NCBI GenBank assembly: GCA_028023455.1 | Contig: JAQFVV010000008.1 | Span: 8,246,001-8,310,000, forward strand | From: Epiperipatus broadwayi | Taxonomy: Eukaryota > Animalia > Onychophora | Length of the DNA stretch: 64,000 nucleotides | Reading direction: 5' to 3' | In this document: piece by piece, positions 1 to 12,767 of the stretch | How the letters are laid out: the number at the start of each line of letters is the position of its first letter | How positions within the stretch are numbered: position 1 is the stretch's first letter | Notes under the pieces: model-generated | Databases searched by the model: none | Seen by the model: the letters and a program-made list of their open reading frames with translations, nothing else | What the model was told of the DNA's origin: nothing | Program-made: the position numbers and the translations under genes

Positions 1-860
1 GATGAAGCTACAGTTATCAAACTTTTATTCATAAAAAACTTTATTGAATTTTTGTTATAGGAATAAAAGATTTAATAATTTTAGTTATAGTAAGATTAGT
101 CAATTTGCTTCTGATTATATTAAGTTAGAATATAATCATGAATTTATTAGAAATATGATATTTAATAAAATATAGTAAAGATTTAATTGTTAATGAGAAT
201 AAAGAGTATATTTCTTAGCCCTATATGGCATCAATTAGTAAATTGATTTATAAGAATAGTTTTTTATTGGGTGGTATGAAAATGGCTTGGAAGATAAACT
301 TAAATTTAAATTCATTATTAAATAGTTCAAAACAGTCAATTGAAAGCAAATCTATTGCTGGGGTAGTTTGTAAGATTCCTTGCAATGTTATAAAATCTAT
401 ATAGGTCAAGGTAAATTAAGTCTTAATGAAAGAGTTAATGTTCATAAGAGTAGAGTTAAAAATAGATACCACAAGTCAGCTTTATATATTCATGAACTGA
501 ATACAGATCATAAAATATTATTTGACAATGTAGAGGTTATCTGTTATCCAAAAAGTGAATTGAAAAGAAGAATAAAAGAAACTTTGATGATAAAATTTTT
601 TGAATCTGAGGCCATCAATCTCATGAAGACATCCTTTGATGTTAAATAAAGTTGTTTGTTGAAGTAAATGATGGAAAGGATATTTGTTTTATATATATGT
701 GTGTTGTATGTTTTGTTGAATTTTACTTGAAAATAACTATTTGTTAATAGATGGGATCAATGTTGTGAAATAATTTTAGTAAAAAAAATTATTTGACTAG
801 TGTTGTAATGTTATATGAATTTCTATTTTATTTATAATTACTAGTGTAGTGTTAGGCAGT
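1..860 (+). mobile_element. Penelope-like element 3' portion (RT-EN linker and GIY-YIG endonuclease), degraded
   Basis: ORF 380-649 plus upstream codons read GVVCKIPC-CYKIYIGQGKLSLNERVNVHK...SALYIHELNTDHKILFDNVEVI, the PLE GIY-YIG pattern. LPYMASISKL near 218-250 matches the linker. The right boundary is approximate. Confidence 0.85.
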
Positions 861-1049
861 ATTTAACTAAAAAGGAGAAAATAAAAACATATATATTTAA
901 AATGTTCTTATTCATTAAAAAAGTACCCCCCCCCCAAGCACCAAAAAAAAAAATTTTTTTTTCTTCAGTTTTCACAGTATTCTTGATATTGTATGACCAA
1001 AATAAAAATGTATGAAGCTCATGTTTAGAAATATTCTTAGACTATTTCA

Positions 1050-1740
1050 TTGATTTTTTTCAAGCTGAGTCTTCTTCAGAATTAAAATGATTCATATATT
1101 AACTACTACTTCTACTTTCTCACACCTTTTGTGTCTTTAGTTTTATAAGAACTCATATATATGAGCATCTCCCATTATAATTAGTGATCACTTATTGTAT
1201 TAAAATAGGAAATCCCACAAACAGACTTGAATTACATATTTTCTAGTAGTCAAAATATTATCTAACTCATTTTCATCTTAATATGTTCACATTCATTTCA
1301 TCTTTGCATTTTTAAAAAAAAATGAATTCATAATTATATAATTTTATAATATTTTCTCTCATTTCTGTCTCCATAATATAGAAATTTACATTGACTTTTC
1401 AAATGTTTTCTCATTCTTGCTTTAAAATATTTTTTAATTTTTTTAAAATATTTGAACCATTCAAAAGCATTTTATTTATTAGTCCTCTACTTATTTAAAG
1501 AAATTAAAATTTGTTGATGTATGAACTTGAATTACCTTCATTTTCTGTCTTCCAGTAAAATGAATATCTATTATTATTCTGTTTGATAAACCACAATCTT
1601 CAAAGTTTGTTTTTCTCTCTTTTATTTATTATGAATCATACTTCAATTGTATGCTCAACATTTACACTTTTATTATATACTTTACTATAAAGTATATTTC
1701 TACTTGTCATCTCAATTATCTCTAGATCTTTCATTTTAAA
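1050..1740 (-). mobile_element. RTE-type LINE AP-endonuclease remnant
   Basis: Minus-strand translation gives RQKMKVIQVHTST (cf. IIQVYAPT) near 1510-1550 and IMGDAHI (cf. MGDFN) near 1160-1180, with many stops. Confidence 0.5.
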
Positions 1741-2195
1741 AGTCCAACAATTATATTTATTGTTTGGACTATTTCCACCATCTAATATGAGTATTGAATG
1801 TCTTTAGAAAAATTTAACTTTATTTAAATATTCCAAATACATTCAACTGTTAGTAATAACACATAGTTTAGTATAAGCACAATGTTTCAAGAGATATTAT
1901 TCTCCCCTCTTCTTCAGGTATTGCTGACCTGACCAGTGACAGTACTAGCATGGGAATCAAATCTGGATCCTTTATTCTTGAGTATTGAATTGTAAGGTAA
2001 TGCTTGGTTAGAGCATTACCTTTGTGCACATACTAACCTGTTTAATGTGCTATTACTAACAATTGAATGCATTTGGAATATTTAAATAAAGTTAAATTTT
2101 TCTAAAGACATCCAATACTCATATTAGATGATGGAAATAGTCCAAACAATAAATACAATTAAAACACCATCATCATAAACCTCCAGAAAAACACA
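1741..2195. repeat. PLE terminal repeat (pLTR) in inverted arrangement
   Basis: About 1756-1880 is the reverse complement of about 2022-2158. The same sequence flanks the PLE GIY-YIG fragment at 35900-36130 and 36608-36670. Confidence 0.8.
1855..1925 (-). ncRNA. Degenerate hammerhead-ribozyme-like motif in PLE terminal repeat (copy A)
   Basis: Minus strand reads AGCAATAC-CTGAAGA-(AGAG...CTCTT)-GAAA-...-GTGTTATT, with stem I flanking the core. The NUH site is not canonical. Confidence 0.5.
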
Positions 2196-5100
2196 AAGTC
2201 CGACAATGTTTTAATTTGTAGGTAATTTTTTTGCAATTCTTCTAATAATTACAATAAAAAGTATGAAGTAACTCATTATTAAATGAAAGCTTTAATCCAG
2301 AAATCCAATAATTTATAAGATAAATGCATGCTACTGCCTTAGCTGACAATTTAGTCATTTCTGAAGAATAAGCACAATTAACATCATATATCTTTTAACA
2401 ATTGTATATCCCATCAAACAATACCAAATACAGTCATAAAAATATTTACAGTATTAATATTCACATACTTACATTTACTCGTTGGTCAAGAAAATCTAAC
2501 TAATATATTGTTCAAAACTATTAACCCTCAGAAATGAAAAAAAAGATCATGGAGCTTTTTTACTCTGAAACTTAGACTTAAATCCAATAAATTAGCAATG
2601 CTGGTCAGTGAATAATTCATTAAGCAATACCTCATGCATGTTCATTTACCACATGGACTTTCAAATAGTAGTGAGAGCTGAAATAAACATAGTCATTAGG
2701 AATAGATTTTTTTAAAGCCTTAGCAAAAAAAAAAATAGAACTTTTTTTCCAAACATAACTATTATATAAATGATGAAAGTTTCTTTAAACACTCTAAAAA
2801 ATATAAAGCAAACTATATATACTTTACACATTTAAAGAATAAAGTTTTCTGTGATTATGTAATCATATATTGGAATTCAGTTCTAAGAATATGAGTATTG
2901 TGTGCATTATTTTGCAATTGTGTATTGGATTATTTCCATCATCCGATATTAATTGATAAATGTTATTAGAAAACCAAATTTTATTTACAAATTTCAAATA
3001 TATTCAACTATTAATAACAACACATGGATTAATATATAGCATAACATTTGGAATGGTATTTCCCTTTTTTCTTGTTGTTGGCCAGTGCCGGGACTAGCAA
3101 GGAAATCTTCAGATTCATGAAAGTTGAATTTAAAAGAATGCTCTAGCCAACTATACTATTTTGTTAAAGACTAGCAATGCTTGAAAAAAAAAAAGAGAAT
3201 TATGTCACTCGGATGTGTTATATACTAATTTGTGTGCTAAAAGCTTAAGTAAAGTCTGAATTTTTCTAAAAACGTTTAACAATTAATATAATTACAAATG
3301 TCTCTGTATCATTTTTTTACTAATTGTTTTTAATATTCATTATTGTTCTCATTGTTTTAACGGTTTGTTTCTAATATTTATATCTTGCTGATATCTAGTA
3401 TATTCTATCTAAAAAAAATTAACCGAATATATAAGTATATAGCAATGATCGAAATAATATGTGCTTCCTTATGAAATGGATTTTAATATAAAAAGCATAA
3501 ATTACGTCAAAAAATAATAAACATCCAGCCTATATTCATCATGGAATCCAGAACAAGATAACGAATTTACTTAAAGAATTTAACATTAGTAATAGTGCAA
3601 TATAAAAATTTTATTTAAAAGAAAATAATAATTTCATATACTTGTCAAATTTACTTTCAAACGACAAATAAAATTGATAAAATTACTGCAAAATAATAAA
3701 GCGTCCTTCACGTTGCTTAATTACAGTCTGTCATGATTAAAAAATAAATAATTTATTACAACAATCTCCTCGTAGATTCAACAATGTATATGTTCTTTCA
3801 AAAAGTCATAAATTAATGATAAGGTAGCTAGCAGAAGCACTGGAGCAGACAGTGCACACACAAAAAATTAAATATTTGATGAAATAGAAAACGCTTTTAT
3901 AATTTTAATGTAAAATGATTTCACCCAAGTGGCTGCTCAACTTTCATTTCCTGTGAAGATATCAGCTTTCACTTTTACTTAAAAGCAACAACAACAACAA
4001 ATTTATTTTGATTTAAATCATCATCAACAAAGATGACATAATAATATGAGCTATTATGTAAAATTCTTCATAAAATAAGGAAGTAAAATTGTATTCGCCA
4101 TGTTAGATTATTCTAAGCAGGATTTAATTAATTGCTTACTCGAAGCATTATTAATATATTTGTTAAGCAAAAAGTCGATAAAATGAAGTCTTTTTTTTAT
4201 ATTAGTAATAAAATGCATCATTTATCATTTCCAAAGATACATGCACAAATATATACCTTGCATTACAGTGGAGATATAGGTGTACAGACTATTTCTGCAA
4301 AGATTAAATTGGCATCAATCTGTAAAATATCCAGCGTTTTCAATATATTATTTTTTATAAATGTCTATTTTAAGTCTTACTTGATATTTTTCAGCCCACC
4401 AACTTTTTTTAAAAAAAAATATAAAGCAAGAATTTGTTCAGTGCGAAGGCTGACCTCACACTGAGTAATTGCTGAACAAGCAATTCTTAATATATAACCC
4501 CAGGATAGCTACAAAAATTGCTTATTTTCCCCCAAATAAATACGGTTTATTTAGTGAATAATATTTCTGTAGTAAAACACTGTTTACAATTTTTTTTTAA
4601 GTTAAAAAAGAAAATGCTATCTATTTTAATAATTTAAAAGTATTTTTTGTAAACAGAGATTTTATTAAATTTCTCACCAAAATATTTCCATTTTATCACA
4701 TTTTCTATTTTTTTTTTTTTAAAGGGTGAAATACATCATCGTTTTCGAAAAAGCGTATCATCATCATTGACAAACATTATCAATCCTTTGTAGGATGAAG
4801 ATCTCTCCAAGTTCTATCCACCTTCTCCGATCTTTAGCCTCTCTTCTTCACATCACCTCTGCATACTTTCTTATTTCATCCATCCATATCACATGTGGTC
4901 TTTTTTGGAATCCAGTTTCAGATTTCAATTCATTTATTATCATCTCTTTTAGCAATATATCAAGCCCAACTCCATGTTAGTCTTTTAATTCTGTCAACGA
5001 TGTCAGCAACACTTGTTAGTTCTCTTATCCATATATTGCATTTTCAATCTCTTCTTGTTACTCCTAACATGCATTTCTCTATACTTCATTGAGTAATCTG

Positions 5101-6125
5101 GAGTCTCTGTATTGCTCTTTTATTAAGTGTCAAGTCTAAGATCCATAAGTAAGAACTAGTAAAACACATTTATTAAAAACCTTTTTCAAACACATAGGCA
5201 TATTTCTTTTTAATATTAAGTTATTTTTACAAAAATCACTCCAAACAAGTTTAATTCTATGATTATTTTCAAGCATTATGTTTTCATCTATAATAATAAT
5301 CTGATCAAGGTATTTATAGTTGTTGACTTCTTGTAACTCATCATAATCAATCTTTATATTCATCTTTTGAAAAAATCCATTGGACATTACTTTAATCTTT
5401 TTAACATTTACCTTCAATCCTACTTTCTTACTTTCATCCTTCTCAATGTTAACCTTCCTAGTATCATTATGTAATCTAATTATTGCTGTTGTATTTTTAT
5501 AAATATTCTTCAGAATATGACAAGATCCTGGGTCTATATCTTGACAATACAATGCTTTAATTACTGCAGAAATGCTTATAGAATCAAATGCCTTTTCGTA
5601 ATATACAAATCCAAAGCATAATGGAAATTCATATTCATTGGTCCTTTCTATAACTTTTTTCAATACTTGGATATGATCTACTGTACTAAAATCACTTTGA
5701 AATCCAGTTTGTTCTTTTGGTTGATTGAAATCCAATGTTCCCTGTAGACAAGTTGTAATTATCTTAGTAAAAATTATGTATAAAAGTGATAAAAGTCTGA
5801 TAGGTCTATAATTTATATCTTCTTTATCACCATTTTTAAATATTAATATTTATACTGCATTCTTCCAATCATCTGGTACATCTTTATCATTTAGACATTT
5901 GGTATATAACTTTGCCAAAAAAAATTCTATTTCTTCACCTGCTTTTTTTAATATATCAATTATAATTCCATCATCACCTAAAGCTTTTCTTTTCTTCATA
6001 AATCTAATTGCATATCTCAGTTCTTTATTTATAATTCTAGGCAATTCAGAAGATATAATAGATGTAGGATGTAACTATATAATTCTTGACAGAAATTTTC
6101 TACCCATTTCATGATGTCAGCTGTC

Positions 6126-7800
6126 GGTAATAGTAAGTATACTGAACCCTACAGTTTGATGGCACTGTTTTTTGCCCAATCCACATCAATATACTGATTC
6201 ATGGTCCATCTGTTTGTTTACATAATATTACAGTGGTTTTTTTCCAGTGGTCCATCTGTTTGATTTACATAATATTACGGTAAATCAAAGGTTTTTTTTT
6301 TTTAAATAAACAAACACTTTGTTTAAACCAACATTATTGACTAACGGTCCGTTGTGACTGATTTTTAATAATATTATGGTAAACCAACATTTTTTTTTTC
6401 ACCCGGTTTTTATTTTTGGTTCGTTTTTTAAGAAACAAACACTTTGTTTTTAGATAATGTAGGTATGTTGGTTTGTATTTTAAATTCTCGACTAACAGTC
6501 CCATTTTTTTTTGTACCTGTTTTTTTTTTTTTTTGGTTCATTTTTTGAGAAACAAACACCTTGTTTTTAGATGGTGTAGAGGTGTTGGTTTGCTTTTAAA
6601 TTATAGATTAATGGTCCATCGGATGTTTTTATTTGAAAGACATAAACAATTCGGTACTTTGGAATAAACCAACACTTGCTTTTTAGAGGGTGGAGGGGTT
6701 GTTTTGATTTTGAATTGTCGTCTTTTTTTTTAATTGATTACGAGACTTTTTTTCTTCAAATATTTATTTATTTACAGAAACCTTTATATGATAGCGAAAA
6801 GTTCTTTCTTAATTTTTTGGCCTTTTAAAAAAAGACATAAAGAGTTCATTTTTAAAGAACACTTTTTTAAGGGAGGAGGGGACGGTGGGGGGAAAGTTTG
6901 TTTTGATTTTGAATTATCGACTTCTTTTTTGATTTTCTTTTTGAATATTTATTATTATTTTTTTGACCTTTTGAAGAAACTTTTAAACATTTTTCTTTTG
7001 AAATAAAATATTGCCTACCTACTCTTTAGAATCATGCGAACAACAAAAAACACCAACAACACTAACAACGGTTTCCCATGAAATAATTTATTGAATCAAA
7101 AATAAATGAAACTTTGGACAAGTTGTCACCGAAACAAGTAAAAAAAACACCATTTTGGGGGGCATAAAAAAAATACAGCAGCCAAAAGTAACATGCAAAT
7201 AAAATAACAGGGAACCAAAAAAACAGTCACTTTGACTTGCTCATCTCACCTAGTATGCCCCGGAAGAGGTCCTGTCCCTGTGGCTGGCAATTCACTCAGC
7301 TACAACCAATTTGGACAACTTGAAGATGACATTTGACTGTTCTCGCATGGATTCACACGTAAACATGCATTTGCATGGGAATCAGCAAAACTTTGCTGAA
7401 AAGAATAACCTTTTGAAGTTGTGTGCAGTTCAAAAACTTAGGGAAGCCTGGGTGATGACATGACATTTCTTAATATGGAATAGTAATTCCACTACGCTTT
7501 CTAAAAAATTTCAGACAATGAATTTTTGGAGAGTTTCACCATCTTTCAAATATGCCACCATCAAATTAGACCATAGTGAGAGTTCAATAGTGCTCACTTG
7601 AGGAATACTGTTGCAATGCAATGGACGCATTATTTCATTACATAATCGTAAAATGTATCACCCCCAGGCAGCCTGTTAAGCTCAAACAACACCTATTGTA
7701 GTGTCAGCCATAAGTTAAGGCCACTAAAACAGTATGTTTATGTGCATTGTGTGAAAAACAATGCCATCATGTGGTGGGGTTCAGTATACATAGTATTATC
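6126..7800 (+). mobile_element. Merlin/IS1016-superfamily DNA transposon remnant
   Basis: Exact 8-bp TSD CAGCTGTC (6118-6125 and 7801-7808). Imperfect ~75-bp TIRs start GGTAATAGTAAGTATACTGAACCC. Degraded DDE-domain motifs at ~7310-7630: LEDDI*LFS..RKH, ISD, LDHSE, HLRNTVAMQW. Internal tandem subrepeats at 6200-6750. Confidence 0.78.
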
Positions 7801-8461
7801 CAGCTGTCTTTTTAATAATAGTTTCAACTTTTTTCTTATCGCAGATATAAGTTACCTATCAATACCAAAATGTTGTTTTACACTCTTGAGACTTTTATTC
7901 TCTTCTACAACTTTACTTGCTAGTTGACAATTATACTTTCTTATGTAATTATAAACTCTTTTTTGCACTATTTTACAAAATTGGAGATATTCAATCCTTC
8001 TTAATGCATCATTTTTATATATCTTTATATTCCTCCTCTTCTTAATCTCAGTAGAAATTTTATTGGTCAACTGCTATTTTTTTCTACCAGCCATCTTTAT
8101 TGCAGTTTTTAAAAGTGTATCACTTATTTATTTTCCTATTAATTTCATTCAAATCTGAATCATGTTAAAAAAAGTTCTAATCTAAATTCATTAGAATGTT
8201 TCTGAAGATTAGGAATATCAACTGTAAATATTATTTTTCTTAATTTTTGTCTCTCTAGTTTTTCATTAATATGTATCTTACACCTTACTAATTGATGACC
8301 ACTTTCTGTGTTGAATTTATTAAGAACATTACAATCTGGAAATATGTATTATCTGTTAGTCAAAATAAAATCCAATTCAGCTGTACCTTCTTTGGATGCT
8401 TCCATGTCCATTTTTTAAAAATATTTTTCTAAAAAAAAAATTTCATAATATAATATTTTTT

Positions 8462-10571
8462 GGTAGTTGTAACTTACGCCACATGTGGCCATTGGGTGAT
8501 GCTGCAGTACCATCAACAACCGGTAAGAAGTCTGCAAGTGATAAAAAATTTTTTTAAAAAGTGCTGAAATCATCGAAGGAACAAAAAATAAAAATAAAAA
8601 CACTGAAATCATCGATGGAACAAAAAATAAAAACACTGAAATCATGAAGGAACAAAAATAAAACACTGAAATCATCGATGGAACAAAAAATGACCCCCAC
8701 CCCCAATGAAGAATTTCTAACCAAAAGTAGCTAAAATGTACAAATTACTATGAGTAAATTGCACAATTCCTTCTGAAATACAACCTAAAAAAAAAAGAAA
8801 AACAAGAAAAGGTTATGAAATTTGAATTACAACAGGAACAGTAAAACTATGTCTAAAAAATGAATAATGGGAGATGGGTCTTCATTAAAAAGGCACACAA
8901 ATTACCAAAGCAGAATTTAATCAATATTTAGCTTTCAAAATATCCATCTGCGATTCCAAAGCATCGGTTACATAAACTAAAAAGAACATTACACAACAGA
9001 TTCTATTTATGAAATTAATTATATTCTGCTTTCAAATAAGTCTAATGTAAAAACGACACCCCCCAATGAAGAATTCCTAAAACAAAAGTAGCTAAAATGG
9101 ACAAACTGAATACATCACACAAATCCTTCTAAAATACACACACAAAAAAAAAAAGGTTATGAAATTTGAATTACAACTGGAACAGTAAAACTATAACATA
9201 AATGTCTAAAAAAGTAATGGCAGATGGCATTGTTTTCAAAAAATATACTAAATTTCATCACTGTTTAATTAAAGAAATAAAAGACTCAACATTTTCAAAT
9301 ATGCCTTTTACCATCATATTTTAAAGCAAGGATTTATGTATGCTAAAAAACAATAAGAACATTATACCAGGTTCTAATTGTCTCCCAAAAATTTATCAAA
9401 TTAATTTTTCTCTGCTTTCAAATTATGGAAAAGCATCAAAAATAAGTACTTTTCAAAAAGATTCTAAAGTAATAATTAATATATATTAAAAATCAATAAT
9501 AAATGTACACAGGAACTTATATTTATCAAATTAATTATATATTCTGCTTTGAAATTATGGAAAAGCATTTAAATATTTTAAAAATAGATTTAAAGAAATC
9601 TTCAAGAAAAATTCTTACCCAATTTTTTTCAAAGCTGACTTGTAGCAGGTTTTTCAGTCTTCTTGCAGCACGTAAGTAATAATGTTCAAATTTTCCCGCC
9701 TCATGGAGATTTTTTTCAAACATATTACATTCAGCACACTTAAGTAATAACAGATTTAGTAACGGTCCTTATTTGGTTTTAAAAAATAAAACAAAGATAG
9801 TACAAATTAACAGCAGGCTTTTTTACAGAATTAAATCTGTTATAGTTTTATTGTTACAGTTGTAATTCAAATTTCATAATCTTTTTTTTTTGTATTTTAG
9901 AAGGATTTGTGCGATTTATTCATTGTAGTTTGTCCATTTTAGCTACTCTTGGTTTAGGAATTCTTCCTTGAGGGGGGGGATCGTTTTTACATTAGACTTA
10001 TTTGAAAGCAGAATATAATTAATTTCATAAATAGAATATGTTGTGTAATGTTATTTTTAGTTTATGTAATGAATGCTTTGGAATCGCAGATGGATATTTT
10101 GAAAACTAAATATTGATTAAATTCTGCTTTGGTAATTTGCACGCCTTTTTACTGAAGACCCATCCACCATTATTCATTTTTTAGACAGTTTTACTGTTCC
10201 TGTTGTAATTCAAATTTCATAACCTTTTTTGTTTTTCTTTTTTTTTTTAAGTTGTATTTCAGAAGGAATTGTGCAGTTTACTCATAGTAATTTGTACATT
10301 TTAGCTACTTTTGGTTAGAAATTCTTCATTGGGGGGTGTCATTTTTTGTTCCATTGATAATTTCAGTGTTTTTATTTTTTGTTCCTTCATGATTTCAGTG
10401 TTTTTATTTTTTGTTCCATCGATGATTTCAGTGTTTTCATTTTTATTTTCTGTTCCTTTGATGATTTCAGCATTTTTTAAAAATTTTTTTATCACTTGCA
10501 GACTTCTTACCGGTTGTTGATGGTACTGCAGCGTCACCCAGTGGATACATGTGGCATAAGTTACAATTACC
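8462..10571. mobile_element. Foldback-type non-autonomous element with ~735-bp inverted arms and Merlin-like termini
   Basis: Arms ~8462-9198 and ~9840-10571 are reverse complements. Termini GGTA(G/A)TTGTAACTTA. The arms contain ~30-bp tandem subrepeats (AACACTGAAATCATCGATGGAACAAAAA). Imperfect TSD ATTT(C/T)TTT. Removing the element restores RTE frame AKEKK|YYIMKFF. Confidence 0.85.
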
Positions 10572-11789
10572 ATTTCTTTTCTTTTGCAAATTCCACAAGT
10601 TTATGTCCTCTCTCATTTCTATTACCCTAACCAAATTTATTTATGGCACTTTCATTTGTTTACCAATTCTAGCATTAAAGTCTCCCATAACAATTTTAAA
10701 ATATTGTTTAGTCTGATCACAAACCTTCCACTACTTCATCACTATGAGAACTTGTTGGGGCATAAACCTGAATTATCTGCATTTGGTATCTGATATTACA
10801 ATGAATAACTAATCTTGTCACTCTGTTTGATATACTATCAATCTTCACAATGTTATTCTTCCATTTTTTATTTATAATGAAGTCTGCTCCATTTGTACAC
10901 ATTTGTGCCTTTGTAGTAGAGTACACATCCACTTTTTAAATCAATTGTCTCTTCACTTTTTCTTCAAACTTCACAATGTCTGATTTAATATAAGACAGTT
11001 CTTCCCAATTCTTGCAATCTTCCTTCACTTGAAAGTGATCTGCAGTTGTAAGTACCTAAATAAAAAGTTGTCATTAAATGGCAGCATGGGTCCACATTCA
11101 GGGAATTCTTAGCACTCTCCATCTTCAGACACCTTGGCTGGTGACTTTACAGCCTCCTGGGAATAAGGCCATGATTTATTTTTGTCTGTCATGATTGCAT
11201 ATATCTATTAGAAATTTTTTTTTCATTCACAGACACATTCATTCTGCCTTATCAAGTAACTGAGAAGAAAAACCATGGTGTTTCCTGATCTTAAACTCAG
11301 AGGTAAAAAGCCAATAAACTCACCACACTGGCTAATATGTGTTGTGAGCAGCCCATCCAAGTTCGTATACTATATGAATAATCACATAATAATAACGACT
11401 GCAATGACAAGAACATAGGGAGTGGACATTAGGAATTTTCCCTGCTCGGTTCCTTTAAGGTCTCCAAGAGGAATCAAAGAGTCTTCTTTCAGTTAACAGC
11501 AAAACCATTGATACAAACTGAAAAAGCGTATAAAAAGCAATATCATTTAAAATTTCTAAAAATTTTTGGTAACTCAAAAATATTATGAGATGTTATTTAT
11601 ACTGTAATTAAGTCAACATTCATTTTTCTTATAAGAATTTGAATAGGGTGCATATTTTATTATCATTTACACTATAAATTGTTAACCAACAATCTCCTTG
11701 ATTTTCTTTTTTTAATTTGTTCTTTTGTATAATCATTCTAGAATATATAAATAATCATAGTATTGATACTAATGTATATTATGTATATA

Positions 11790-12767
11790 CACCTGGGTCT
11801 TGTTTTATGCGGATTATTTTAATGCGATTTTGAAGTTATAAGATTCATGTTTTTTCTTAATATCCTTCATATTTCACTAGATTTATTACATATCAAGAAA
11901 TTTAAATTATTAATAACTTATTTTGACTTGGAAATACTTTAAAAAAAAACAACAACGTTATATTAGCAGCTAACGTGAATATGGGCTGAAGCTGTATTTA
12001 GAATCTTAGCTTCTATGTAAATAACCTACTTATACTAATGAGTAAATAATAATAATAGATTTATACTTACATATAAAAATATCACAATAAATATTCAAAC
12101 ATTTTAAACTTTTAAAATGTATTTTTTTTAGGTATAACAGAAATAAATAATCGTAGATTTTTATAATAAATAATGAAGATTTTATTGATTTTATAAACTG
12201 AAAATAATCTTACTAATGATAATGTATAATCTTTTTGTTTTGATTGCAATGTCATTTTTTTAATATAGAAACAGAAAACCATTAACACAGCACAAGACTG
12301 AGTGTGGCGCTAGTTGTACATCACATCACGAATAAAAATAAAGTGGCTAACAGGTTTCTCTGGATGTAATTGCTGAGAAATTCTTGACTTCATTTAAGGA
12401 AAAGCCACAATTCATCACATCACATCTGATTTCTTACCAGTTTACAAATGAATGTTAATGGTAATGATTAAAATATGTATGGAAAATGTAAAATTAAATA
12501 CTGTAGTTAATAAAAAAAGTAAAAAAGTTTGTCTTGTATTAATTTTTTTCAAATATTTGAAATTTTTTATTAGTCCTACTTTATTTGTTTATTTTTTTAA
12601 TGCGAATTTTAAAGTAATTTTTCCTTCTTGCTTTGCTTTTATGCGAATTCTGAAAATTACAGCACCTATCCCCCATTTATCAAGGTAATTTACATTTATT
12701 TTTGTGCAATTTCTTTTGTGCGGGTTTTCTGAGGAACCTATCTACTGCATAAAATGAGACCCAGGTG
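11790..12767. mobile_element. Tc1/mariner (pogo-like) non-autonomous element
   Basis: TIRs CACCTGGGTCT(TG/CA)TTTTATGC(G/A)G at both ends, flanked by TA at 11788-11789 and 12768-12769. Confidence 0.8.

Larger units (their letters stand above)
4759..11480 (-). mobile_element. RTE-clade non-LTR retrotransposon, near full length (~2.9 kb net), split by two DNA-transposon insertions
   Basis: APE motifs TYNCRSL (~11060) and QIIQVYAPT (ORF 10717-10932), then KWTWKHP (~8400). RT motifs KALGDDGI...PDDWKNA (5850-6044) and QPKEQTGFQSDFSTVDHI...YEKAFDSI (5136-5735). (ATG)n tail at ~4759-4770. The reading frame is rejoined across both insertions. Confidence 0.92.

Noticed and set aside
4132-4464. 110-aa ORF
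   Set aside because: Composition reflects AT-rich DNA (F/I/K-rich) and no motif is present.
8415-8675. Repetitive ORFs here and at 10301-10573 / 10311-10520
   Set aside because: These are artefacts of the tandem subrepeats in the foldback arms.
8563-8690. Regularly spaced ~30-bp repeats resembling a CRISPR array
   Set aside because: The units are contiguous with no unique spacers, lie inside a eukaryotic transposon arm, and have no cas genes nearby.
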